Positions 8,786 through 17,536 of a DNA stretch of 37,981 bases are shown piece by piece; the first letter of the stretch is position 1, and each line of letters opens with the position of its first letter. The position numbers and the translations under genes are program-made. Source of the stretch: an uncultured Erysipelotrichaceae bacterium (GTDB lineage: Bacteria; Bacillota_I; Bacilli_A; RF39; UBA660); contig CADBCT010000007.1 in the NCBI GenBank assembly GCA_902793315.1, forward strand, positions 1-37,981, written 5' to 3'. The notes under the pieces were generated by a model. That model ran no database searches, was not told where the DNA came from, and saw only the letters and a program-made list of their open reading frames with translations.

Positions 8786-9994
8786 AAAAAGGGACTAGGT
8801 ATAGGGTATGCCTATATTAATAGTGATCTAAATATCAATGGTACTGCTCAAGTAAATAGTGCAAACTGGGATGTACATTGGGCTAATGTACAAGTATCGA
8901 CAGGTAGTGTAAGTGCATCATCTCCGACCATATCTAATCAAACTACAGTAAACTATTCAGTAGTATTAAATACACCAGGGGATTATTATGAATTTACTGT
9001 AGATGCAGTAAATGGTGGAAGTATAGATGCCATGATAGATTCAATAGATTCTAAATTAAATGGAGCAACTATCACAACATTACCAGAATACTTAAACTAT
9101 ACAGTAACATATTCAGATGGAGTAGAACTAGCACCAAATCATCAATTGCTACATAATACAACAGAGAAATATAAAGTAAGAATAGAATATAGAACAGATA
9201 TAAATGCTAATCAATTACCAGCGTCTAATCAAACGTTAAGTCTTCAATTCACAGTAACATATAGACAAGCAACTGATGATTCAATAGAAAAGTTAACACC
9301 GTTTGCAGGACATTCATGGGAGACAATGGCATCTAATGTGCGTTCAGGAAATACAAGTATGTATAGTGTTGGGGATACTAGAAAAATAGATATGGGATCA
9401 TATGGAACACATACTATAAGAATAGCTAATATGAGTACACCAAGCGAGTGTAATGCCAATGATTTCTCTCAAACAGCATGTGGATTTGTTTTAGAATTTG
9501 AAGATATTATCACGACACGTCAAATGAATTCAACCGCAACAAGTGAAGGGGGCTGGCCAGCAACGGAACTACGAACATATTTAAATAATGATATCTATAA
9601 TCTGTTGCCATCAGATTTAAGAAATAAAATAATAAATACAACAGTAGTATCAGGTCATAATATAACTTCCGGTCAGACAAATTTTGTTTCAACAGATAAA
9701 ATATATTTGTTAAATATGAAAGAAATATATAATACAACAGGTTATGATAGTGCACAAGCAAGTACTCGACAATTGGATTATTATAATAATTTAGAAGTAA
9801 CATATGGTTCGGGAACAACAAATAATACTGAAGGAGCAATAAAGAAATATAATACATATGGTAGTTCTTGGTGGACACGTACGGCTAGTGGCAGTTATAC
9901 TACACACTTTTATGTGGTGACTTCTACTGGTGGAAATACGATTAGTCAAGCTCATTATTCTTCAGGTGTTTCACCAGCATTTCGAATCGGATAA
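8786..9994 (+). pseudogene. 5'-truncated paralogue of 17537-18592 with a DUF6273-like C-terminal domain; frame intact but no start, RBS or signal peptide
   Basis: Frame is open from 8786 (after in-frame TAA 8783-8785) as KKGLGIGYAYINSDLNING...; ATG 9032 is internal to the shared domain; tip has GGW..TELR.YLN, DKIYLL..E, WW.R..GVSPAF. Confidence 0.75.
8792..9276 (+). repeat. Dispersed direct repeat, copy 1 (shared N-terminal module)
   Basis: Aligns with 17588-18084; identical blocks of 56 bp (8807-8862), 34 bp (8981-9014) and 44 bp (9044-9087); one 12-nt indel. Confidence 0.95.
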
Positions 9995-9999
9995 ATAAG

Positions 10000-10021
10000 A
10001 AGCAGAGTAATCTGCTTTTTT
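10000..10021 (+). terminator. Intrinsic terminator
   Basis: AGCAGA-gtaa-TCTGCT followed by a T run. Confidence 0.8.
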
Positions 10022-10076
10022 AATTTACTAATTCATATTAATTTGATATTATATGTATGTTGGATGGGGTGATATT

Positions 10077-11489
10077 ATGCATTTACCAGATTTTTTAGAA
10101 GCTAAAACTCGTGATAAAAGAGATTTGAAAAGATATGACTTTGTTTTAGATAAGAATATTAAAAATAAATATAAAGGTAAGACATACTTTATTAAGACTT
10201 ATGGATGTCAGATGAATGAACATGATAGTGAAAAAATAGGTGCTTTACTAGAAAGTATTGGTTTTAAAAAAGTAGATGATTATTTAGATGCAGACTTAGT
10301 ACTTTTAAATACATGTAGTATACGTGAGAATGCTCACAATAAAGCTTTTGGTATGCTAGGTAGACTAAAACACTTAAAGGCAGATAAAAAAGACTTAATA
10401 ATAGGTCTTTGTGGTTGTATGGCTCAAGAAGTTAGTGTAGTAGAAGAGATTATGAAAGACTATAAGTTTGTTAATTTTGTACTTGGTACTCATAATCTTC
10501 ACGAGTTACCTAAAATAATAGATAAAGCTATCGAAGAGAATAAACAACAAATAGAAGTATATTCTCGTGAAGGTGATCTATACGAAGGACTACCAGTAGT
10601 AAGAGCTAATAGTTATAAAGCATATGTTAATATAATTTATGGTTGTGATAAGTTCTGTACTTATTGTATAGTCCCATATACTAGAGGTAGAGAAAGAAGT
10701 CGTAAGAAAGAAGATATCTTAAAAGAAGTAGATGAATTAATAAAAGATGGTTATAAAGAAGTAACTCTTTTAGGACAAAACGTTAATGCTTATGGTAAGG
10801 ACTTATATGATGACTATAACTTAGGTGATTTACTAGAAGAAATAGCTAAGAAAGATATACCTAGAATTAGATTTATGACTAGTCATCCATGGGACTTTAA
10901 CGATAAGATGATTGAAGTAATTGGAAAGTATCCTAATATCATGCCTAGTATTCATTTACCAGTACAAAGTGGATCTTCTAAAGTATTAAAACTTATGGGT
11001 AGAAGGTATACTAGAGAGAGTTATTTAGAACTATTTAACAAAATAAAAGAAACAGTTCCTGGTGTAGCTATCTCTACAGACATAATAGTAGGGTTCCCAG
11101 GAGAGACTGAAGAAGACTTTGAAGAGACTATGAGTCTAGTAGAATATTGTAAATATGATAATGCTTTTACTTTTATCTTTAGTGAAAGAAAAGGAACACC
11201 TGCTTGTAAGTTGAAGGATAATACTACTTTAAAAGAAAAAGAAGAGAGACTATATCGATTAAATGAAGTAGTTAATAAATACTTCTTAGAAAATAATAAA
11301 AAACTAGAAGGAACTACTTTAAAAGTACTTGTAGAAGGTATTAGTGATAAGAAAAATATGTATTATGGATATAGTGAAACTAATAAGCTAATTAATTTTA
11401 CTAGTTCTAAAGAATTAAACTTAGGAGATATAGTAGATGTTAAAATAGAATCTGCGAAGACATGGAGTTTAGATGGAAAAGCTATATAA
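10077..11489 (+). CDS. miaB: tRNA-2-methylthio-N6-dimethylallyladenosine synthase MiaB
   Basis: TYGCQMNEHDSE, NTCSIRE, GCMAQ, radical-SAM CDKFCTYC, C-terminal TRAM domain; start set at ATG 10077 behind GGGGTGA. Confidence 0.96.
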   Translation: MHLPDFLEAKTRDKRDLKRYDFVLDKNIKNKYKGKTYFIKTYGCQMNEHDSEKIGALLESIGFKKVDDYLDADLVLLNTCSIRENAHNKAFGMLGRLKHLKADKKDLIIGLCGCMAQEVSVVEEIMKDYKFVNFVLGTHNLHELPKIIDKAIEENKQQIEVYSREGDLYEGLPVVRANSYKAYVNIIYGCDKFCTYCIVPYTRGRERSRKKEDILKEVDELIKDGYKEVTLLGQNVNAYGKDLYDDYNLGDLLEEIAKKDIPRIRFMTSHPWDFNDKMIEVIGKYPNIMPSIHLPVQSGSSKVLKLMGRRYTRESYLELFNKIKETVPGVAISTDIIVGFPGETEEDFEETMSLVEYCKYDNAFTFIFSERKGTPACKLKDNTTLKEKEERLYRLNEVVNKYFLENNKKLEGTTLKVLVEGISDKKNMYYGYSETNKLINFTSSKELNLGDIVDVKIESAKTWSLDGKAI

Positions 11490-11805
11490 AAGTTTAGATG
11501 AAGTTATTGATTGTATTAAAGAATCTCCTGAATATAAAGATTGTTTAAAAATAAAGAAACAGATGGATTCTAATAATGAATTAGTAGAATTAATTAATAA
11601 AGTAAAAGAATTACAAAAAAAATATATTAGAAGTAATTATGATTCTAATATAAAGAAAGAATTAGATGAGTATGAATCTAAGTTGAATGAGATACCTATC
11701 TATAATATATATTTAGAAAAATTAGAAGAAGTAAATAAAATGATAGATTATGTAAAAGATAGTTTAAATGATTACTTTGATAAATTATTAAATAAAAAAT
11801 ACTAG
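11473..11805 (+). CDS. YlbF/YmcA (RicA-like) family regulator
   Basis: Helical 110-aa protein with I.ES.EY motif; occupies the ymcA position of the Bacillus miaB-ymcA-cotE cluster. Confidence 0.75.
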   Translation: MEKLYKSLDEVIDCIKESPEYKDCLKIKKQMDSNNELVELINKVKELQKKYIRSNYDSNIKKELDEYESKLNEIPIYNIYLEKLEEVNKMIDYVKDSLNDYFDKLLNKKY

Positions 11806-11809
11806 ATAT

Positions 11810-12433
11810 CTAGTATTTTTTTAATTCTTCAATTATTTCTTTAGCAACTCTATCAATATAATCATTTATTTGAAACATATCTAAAGTATAAGTCTTTTCT
11901 TTCTTAGAATTTTCTATTAAAATACCCATTTTATTAATTAATATATCTAGTTTGTTTACTGGTATTTCAGTTATATTAGTTTTAGGGACTTTAAATTCTT
12001 CATAGAATAGAGATAAATCTAGATCTTGTTGTTCAATTACTCTAATATTTAGATTAGTATAGTCATTATAAATCATTTGTACTAATTCTTCTGGTTCCAT
12101 ATTAACAATAGTACCATCTAGTAATCTTATTGAATTATTTTGAACAAAGTTAGGTAGAAATTCACCAAACCAAACTTTATCAGCATATAAATGTGTATAG
12201 TATCCTAAATCAAAGTCATTATATTTGAAATAAGGATATCTTCTAACAAATATATTTATGTTAGGAATATCAGTTTCAGAATTTATTACAAAATGCGATA
12301 CATCTCTATTAATACCAATTTGTTTTGCAATATCAGGGGCAATTGCACCTAAATAATAATCTCTTGGGTTTTCTACTTTTATTTTTTCAGCTACCTTTTT
12401 TGCAATAGCTATGTGAATAATAGATGATGCCAA
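11810..12433 (-). CDS. Zinc-dependent phospholipase C family protein
   Basis: H..IA, LGAIAPD, SHF and GYYTHLYAD motifs; TTG start at 12433 behind GGAGGGG. Confidence 0.75.
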   Translation of the reverse strand: MASSIIHIAIAKKVAEKIKVENPRDYYLGAIAPDIAKQIGINRDVSHFVINSETDIPNINIFVRRYPYFKYNDFDLGYYTHLYADKVWFGEFLPNFVQNNSIRLLDGTIVNMEPEELVQMIYNDYTNLNIRVIEQQDLDLSLFYEEFKVPKTNITEIPVNKLDILINKMGILIENSKKEKTYTLDMFQINDYIDRVAKEIIEELKKY

Positions 12434-12487
12434 TTTATCCCCTCCTATCTTAAATATCATTATAACACTAATTTAGTACTTTTTAGT

Positions 12488-12515
12488 ACTTTTTTTTAGG
12501 CTTTTACATATATTA
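12488..12515 (+). promoter_or_regulatory. Candidate mother-cell sporulation sigma (sigmaK/sigmaE-type) promoter of cotE
   Basis: AC (12488-12489) - 17 bp - CATATATTA (12507-12515), upstream of the GGAGG RBS. Confidence 0.45.
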
Positions 12516-12530
12516 AACTGGGAGGAACTT

Positions 12531-13055
12531 ATGGCTAATTATAAAGAAATTGTAACTAAGGCAGTAGTTTCTAAAGGTAAAAAGTTATTTACTACTACTA
12601 AAAGAGTTAAAGTAACTAATCCATCTACCATATTGGGTTGTTGGGTAATTAATCATAATTTTAATGGTACTAAAAGTAATGACAAAATTGTAATTGATGG
12701 TAGTTATGATGTTAATATCTGGTATTCGTTTGATAATGATACTAAGACTGATGTTATTAAGGAGACTAATACTTACCATGAAGTGGTTAAAATGCATGAA
12801 AGAGATAATATAACTAATGAAGAAGTAATAGTAAGAAGCCTAAAACAACCTAATTGTATTAAAGCTGATATAGTCGGAAACGAAATAGAGTATGTAATTG
12901 AAAAAGAATTAGGTATTGAATTAATAGGAGATATTAAAGTAAAAATAGAAGCTAATCTAGAAGAAGATCCTTGGGATGAAATAGTAGAAGATAATCATAT
13001 TGAAGAAACTATTGATAATGAAGTAAAAGAAGATTATATAGAAGAGACTATATAA
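12531..13055 (+). CDS. cotE: Outer spore coat protein CotE
   Basis: YKEIVTKAVVSKG, PSTILGCWVINH, GSYDVNIWYS..N.TKT.V, QPNC motifs; acidic tail. Confidence 0.92.
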   Translation: MANYKEIVTKAVVSKGKKLFTTTKRVKVTNPSTILGCWVINHNFNGTKSNDKIVIDGSYDVNIWYSFDNDTKTDVIKETNTYHEVVKMHERDNITNEEVIVRSLKQPNCIKADIVGNEIEYVIEKELGIELIGDIKVKIEANLEEDPWDEIVEDNHIEETIDNEVKEDYIEETI

Positions 13056-13063
13056 TCTTTTTC

Positions 13064-13108
13064 TGTCAACAAAAAAATGTTGACAAGGCAAGATATATTT
13101 ATTATAAT
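13064..13108 (+). promoter_or_regulatory. Consensus sigma-A promoter of rpsP with an inverted repeat over the -35 box
   Basis: TTGACA (13080-13085) - 17 bp - TATAAT (13103-13108); TGTCAACA-N6-TGTTGACA (13064-13085). Confidence 0.85.
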
Positions 13109-13137
13109 ATCTATGTTATTAGAAATGGAGGGATAAT

Positions 13138-13407
13138 ATGGCAGTAAAATTAAGATTAACAAGATTAGGAGCAAAGAAAAGACCTACTTATAGAATTGTT
13201 GCTACTGATTCACGTCGTCCAAGAGATGGACAATATTTAGAATTAATTGGAACTTATCAACCACTTGATGAACAAGTAAAGATTGATGAAGAAAAAGCTT
13301 TAAAATGGTTAAATACAGGAGCTATTCCAACTGATACAGTAAGAAACTTATTTAGTAAAGAAGGAATCATGAAAAAGTTTGCTGATTCTAAAAAGAAAGG
13401 TAATTAA
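13138..13407 (+). CDS. rpsP: 30S ribosomal protein S16
   Basis: [29 protein letters not shown]. Confidence 0.99.
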   Translation: MAVKLRLTRLGAKKRPTYRIVATDSRRPRDGQYLELIGTYQPLDEQVKIDEEKALKWLNTGAIPTDTVRNLFSKEGIMKKFADSKKKGN

Positions 13408-13409
13408 TT

Positions 13410-13658
13410 ATGAATGTAGTAGAATTAACAGAAGAAATTGTTAAGTCATTAGTAATTAATACTGATGCTGTTAGTGTTAAAGAATTTCCTACAGAAGATG
13501 AAGGAGTAATACTTATTCAAGTAATGGTAGATGAAGCGGATATGGGTAGAGTAATCGGTAGAGAAGGAAGAACTGCTAATGCTATTCGTACTTTGGTTCA
13601 AGCTAGTAGTGCATTACATGAAAATAAGTATATTAAAATTGACATTGATAAATTCTAG
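13410..13658 (+). CDS. khpA: KH-domain RNA-binding protein KhpA
   Basis: DMGRVIGREGRTANAIRT; conserved position after rpsP. Confidence 0.93.
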   Translation: MNVVELTEEIVKSLVINTDAVSVKEFPTEDEGVILIQVMVDEADMGRVIGREGRTANAIRTLVQASSALHENKYIKIDIDKF

Positions 13659-13719
13659 AGAGTTATAAAGACTTTCTTTTTTTTTGCCTTTGTTATATAA
13701 TTTTAGTTGAGGTAACATT

Positions 13720-14430
13720 ATGGAAGAAAAGTTAATTATACCTAATCATGTTGGAATTATAATGGACGGAAATGGTAGATGGGCAGTAGAAAGAGGTAAG
13801 ACTAGAACTTATGGTCATAAGACTGCTGTTTCTACTTTAAAAGATCTATGTGTTCATATGGTAGATGTAGGAGTAAAATATGCTTCTTTATATGCTTTTT
13901 CTACTGAAAACTTTAAAAGAGATATAAAAGAAGTAGATTTTTTAATGAATTTATTTATAGCTACTTTTAATAAAGAATTTGAATTTCTAAAGAAAAAGAA
14001 AGTTAGAATAGTTTTTTCAGGTAGAAGAGAACCATTACCAGAAAAAGTATTAAAAGCTATGGATAAGCTAGTAGATGAAACTAAAGACAATAAAGCATTA
14101 GTACTTAATATTTGTCTTAATTATGGATCTCATGCTGAAATAGTTGATACTACTAAAAAATTATGTGAATTATATAAAGATGGTAAAATAGAATTAGACG
14201 ATATAGATGAAGAATTAATCAGTAAAAATCTATATCAAGATTTACCACCACTAGATTTTGTAATTAGAACTAGTGGAGAGTTAAGATTAAGTAATTTTAT
14301 GATGTATCAAGCTAGTTATGCAGAATTTTATTTTCCTAAAGTATATTTTCCTGATTTTAATAATGAGGAATTTGATAAAGCTATTTTAGAATTTAATAAG
14401 AGAAATAGAAGATTTGGAGGAGTAAAATGA
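13720..14430 (+). CDS. uppS: Undecaprenyl-diphosphate synthase
   Basis: HVGIIMDGNGRWA, YAFSTEN, IRTSGE.RLSNF, RRFGG. Confidence 0.97.
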   Translation: MEEKLIIPNHVGIIMDGNGRWAVERGKTRTYGHKTAVSTLKDLCVHMVDVGVKYASLYAFSTENFKRDIKEVDFLMNLFIATFNKEFEFLKKKKVRIVFSGRREPLPEKVLKAMDKLVDETKDNKALVLNICLNYGSHAEIVDTTKKLCELYKDGKIELDDIDEELISKNLYQDLPPLDFVIRTSGELRLSNFMMYQASYAEFYFPKVYFPDFNNEEFDKAILEFNKRNRRFGGVK

Positions 14431-15230
14431 AAACAAGAATATTTGGAGCTATTTTATTAATAGCTATCTTTGTACCATTTTTAATTATTGGTAATTTACC
14501 TTTTGCTATTTTAATGGCTATCTTAAGTGTAAGTAGTGTTTATGAATTGTTAAGAGTAAGAGAATCACAGAAGAAATTTCCAGTAAGCTTAAAAGTAATT
14601 GCTTATGTAGTTACATTGGGTATTTGTTTATGTAATATTCATTCTATTGATTTTCAATTTAATTTTGATTATCGTGTAATGTCATTGCTAATATTTGTCT
14701 TTTTAGCACCAATGGTTTTTATTAACGATAATAAGAAATATAATTTTGATGATGCTTTATTCATGATTGGTTCAGTATTATTTTTAGGATTAAGTTTCAA
14801 TTTAATTATTATTACTCGTAATTATGATATTACTTATATCATATACTTATTATTGATAACTACACTTACTGATACTTTTGCTTTAGTAGTTGGTAGTTTA
14901 ATAGGAAAGAATAAATTAGCTCCTAAGATAAGCCCTAAGAAAACAGTAGAAGGACTATTTGGAGGAGTATTTATGGGTACTTTTGCAGCTAGTGCTTTCT
15001 ATATAACTGTTATTAATACGCAAGCATCTTTAGTGTTAGTTATAGTATTAACAGCGCTATTATGTTTAGTTGGACAATTAGGAGATTTAGTTTTCTCATC
15101 AATTAAGAGATATTATGATATTAAAGATTTTTCTGATTTAATTCCAGGGCATGGTGGAATACTAGATAGATTTGATAGTTTGATATTTGTAGCACTAACA
15201 TTTGTCATACTTGTAGGAAGAATACTTTAG
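14427..15230 (+). CDS. cdsA: Phosphatidate cytidylyltransferase
   Basis: ISPKKTVEG, GDLV.S.IKR..IKD..IPGHGGILDRFDS. Confidence 0.96.
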   Translation: MKTRIFGAILLIAIFVPFLIIGNLPFAILMAILSVSSVYELLRVRESQKKFPVSLKVIAYVVTLGICLCNIHSIDFQFNFDYRVMSLLIFVFLAPMVFINDNKKYNFDDALFMIGSVLFLGLSFNLIIITRNYDITYIIYLLLITTLTDTFALVVGSLIGKNKLAPKISPKKTVEGLFGGVFMGTFAASAFYITVINTQASLVLVIVLTALLCLVGQLGDLVFSSIKRYYDIKDFSDLIPGHGGILDRFDSLIFVALTFVILVGRIL

Positions 15231-15239
15231 GAGGGTGTT

Positions 15240-16295
15240 ATGTCATTTATAATTAACTTGTTATTATTTATTGTTATTTTAGGAGTAATAGTTTTTGTTC
15301 ATGAATTTGGTCATTTTATCTTTGCTAAAATAACAGGTGTTTATGTATATGAATTTGCAATTGGAATGGGGCCTAAGCTTTGGAGTAAGCAAGGTAAAGA
15401 AACAGAGTATTCAATTAGAGCTGTTCCAATTGGAGGATTTTGCCAATTAGCTGGGGAAGATTTAGATGATGATGATCTAAAGAAAGTTCCTAAGAAAAAG
15501 AGATTACAATCAAAAACTCCTTGGGAAAGATTCTTAATAATGGTTTTTGGTCCAATGAATAATTTTATTCTAGCAGTTATATTATTATTCTTCATTGCTT
15601 TAGTATGGGGTGGTTCTACTATGAGCCCAGTAATTACTGAAGTAGAAGATAATTCTGCTGCTCAAGTAGCTGGTATTACTAAAGGGGATAAAGTAATTGA
15701 AATTAATAAACATAAAGTAACTACTAGTGATGATATTTCCTTATATTTAGCTATTGCAGATCCTAAGAAAAAGAATACAATTAAAGTAGAAAAAGAAACT
15801 GGAGAAGAAATAGCTTATAAAATAAAACCAAAGAAAATTAAAGAAAATGGTGAAGAAGCTTATCGTTATGGCATTGGTATTCAACAAAAGAAAACTACTG
15901 GTATTGGACAAGCATTTGTTTATACTTTTAAGAAGACAGGTTCTATATTTAAACAAATGTATATAACTTTAGCTTATCTGTTTACGGGAGGAATTAGATT
16001 AAATCAATTAGCTGGACCAGTAGGAATTTATTCAATCGTAGGACAACAAAGTAAAGCAGGAATAGCTAACTTGATTTATTTAATGGCTTTCTTAAGTATA
16101 AATGTTGGAGTAATTAACTTACTACCAATCCCAGCATTTGATGGAGGACATATTTTATTTATAGTCATTGAATTAATTAAAGGTTCTCCAGTAAATCCAG
16201 AAATAGAAAATAAGATTCATATGGTATTCTTAGTATTATTAATGTTATTAATGGTAGTAATTACTTTTAATGATATATTACGTCTATTTGGGTGA
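15240..16295 (+). CDS. rseP: RIP metalloprotease RseP/RasP (M50)
   Basis: HEFGH, PDZ domain, NLLPIPAFDGGH. Confidence 0.95.
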   Translation: MSFIINLLLFIVILGVIVFVHEFGHFIFAKITGVYVYEFAIGMGPKLWSKQGKETEYSIRAVPIGGFCQLAGEDLDDDDLKKVPKKKRLQSKTPWERFLIMVFGPMNNFILAVILLFFIALVWGGSTMSPVITEVEDNSAAQVAGITKGDKVIEINKHKVTTSDDISLYLAIADPKKKNTIKVEKETGEEIAYKIKPKKIKENGEEAYRYGIGIQQKKTTGIGQAFVYTFKKTGSIFKQMYITLAYLFTGGIRLNQLAGPVGIYSIVGQQSKAGIANLIYLMAFLSINVGVINLLPIPAFDGGHILFIVIELIKGSPVNPEIENKIHMVFLVLLMLLMVVITFNDILRLFG

Positions 16296-16299
16296 TAAT

Positions 16300-16446
16300 A
16301 TGGTAATAATAATCTTATTTATAATCTTAATATTATTTACTGCTAGTATGACTATATTACTATATACAAGACCTAGATATAGACATATACCAGACTTGTT
16401 GACAGATGATATTGATGAATTATTTGAAGATAAAAGAGATGTATAG
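16300..16446 (+). CDS. Small single-pass membrane protein, 48 aa (not in the ORF track)
   Basis: GGGTGA RBS; MVIIILFIILILFTASMTILLYTRPRYRHIPDLLTDDIDELFEDKRDV*; lies before the operon terminator. Confidence 0.6.
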   Translation: MVIIILFIILILFTASMTILLYTRPRYRHIPDLLTDDIDELFEDKRDV

Positions 16447-16460
16447 TCTCTTTTTATTTT
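16432..16460 (+). terminator. Intrinsic terminator of the uppS-cdsA-rseP unit
   Basis: AAAAGAGA-tgtatag-TCTCTTTT followed by a T-rich tract. Confidence 0.65.
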
Positions 16461-16462
16461 AG

Positions 16463-16503
16463 TGTGAAACTTTTTGGGTTAAAAACTATTAAATAGTTTC
16501 ACA
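16463..16503. promoter_or_regulatory. 9-bp inverted repeat upstream of the Fic gene
   Basis: TGTGAAACT (16463-16471) / AGTTTCACA (16495-16503), 23-bp spacer, TATAAT at 16521. Confidence 0.4.
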
Positions 16504-16544
16504 TTTTTAAAATTATGAGTTATAATAACTCCAGAGGTGATACT

Positions 16545-17483
16545 ATGACCAAACATATGAAATTACTAGATTTATTAGACCAAAAGAAGATTAAAGAATT
16601 TGAACTAGAGCAATTAATATATGGATCTATAGAAGTGCGTGAAAAGAATGGTAATAAATATATTTATATTCATGCTAAAGAAAATGGTATTCAAGTAACA
16701 AAGTATATAGGAGAATATTCTGATACTTTATATAATTTGATTCTAAATAATAATCTACGATCAAAGGAATTAAAAAAAGAAATAAAGCAAATGGAGAAAG
16801 ATTTAAAAGAGTTAAATTATATTGAAGGAGAAATATCAAAAGAAGTAAGTATTAATATTGATTTTGCAAGAAAACATTTAGCAGGAACTATCTATACTCA
16901 AGCTATTTTGGAGGGAGTAGCGACAACCTTATCTGATACTGAAAATATCATTGAAGGTGGAAAAATAAATAATATGTCAGTTGATGATGTTATGAAGATT
17001 ATTAATTTAAAGCATGCTTGGGAGTTTATTTTAAATAAGAATGTTATAATATCTCCAACTAATTATTCAGTATTAAATACAATTAACAGACTGGTAGAAG
17101 AAGGATTTTATTATAGCGCTGGTGAATTACGTACGACTCCAGTAACAATAGGTGGAACAACATGGGAACCAGAATTACCAATTGAATCTGAAATAAAAAA
17201 AGATATAGAAACTATAACAAATAAAAAGAAAAGTCATATAGATATAGCTATAGAATTATTACTATATGTTGTAAGAAAACAAATGTTTCTTGATGGTAAT
17301 AAAAGAACATCAGTAATATTCGCAAATCACTATTTAATATCTAAAGGAAAAGGCTTAATAGTTATACCTGTAGATTTAGCAAATTACTATAAAAAATTAT
17401 TGATTGACTATTATGAAACTAATAATCCTAAAGAAATAACTAAATTCTTAAAAGAACAGTGTTATTTAAATCTAAAAGATTAA
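16545..17483 (+). CDS. Fic family protein with a non-canonical motif
   Basis: AILEG, GELRTTPVTIGG, QMFLDGNKRTS; start set at ATG 16545 behind GAGGTGA. Confidence 0.88.
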   Translation: MTKHMKLLDLLDQKKIKEFELEQLIYGSIEVREKNGNKYIYIHAKENGIQVTKYIGEYSDTLYNLILNNNLRSKELKKEIKQMEKDLKELNYIEGEISKEVSINIDFARKHLAGTIYTQAILEGVATTLSDTENIIEGGKINNMSVDDVMKIINLKHAWEFILNKNVIISPTNYSVLNTINRLVEEGFYYSAGELRTTPVTIGGTTWEPELPIESEIKKDIETITNKKKSHIDIAIELLLYVVRKQMFLDGNKRTSVIFANHYLISKGKGLIVIPVDLANYYKKLLIDYYETNNPKEITKFLKEQCYLNLKD

Positions 17484-17489
17484 AATTAC

Positions 17490-17530
17490 TTGAAGCATAA
17501 GTATAATCATAGTATACTTAACATAGGAGA
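17490..17530 (+). promoter_or_regulatory. Sigma-A-type promoter and RBS of the secreted modular protein
   Basis: TTGAAG (17490-17495) - 17 bp - TATACT (17513-17518); AGGAGA (17525-17530). Confidence 0.65.
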
Positions 17531-17536
17531 ATAAGT

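Noticed and set aside
9032-9994. ORF-track gene starting at ATG 9032
   Set aside because: This ATG lies in the middle of the domain shared with 17537-18592, and homology and the open frame extend back to about 8790. It is not the natural start.
13064-13085. TGTCAACA/TGTTGACA inverted repeat as a novel element
   Set aside because: One arm is simply the -35 box of the rpsP promoter, and there is no independent evidence for a separate function.
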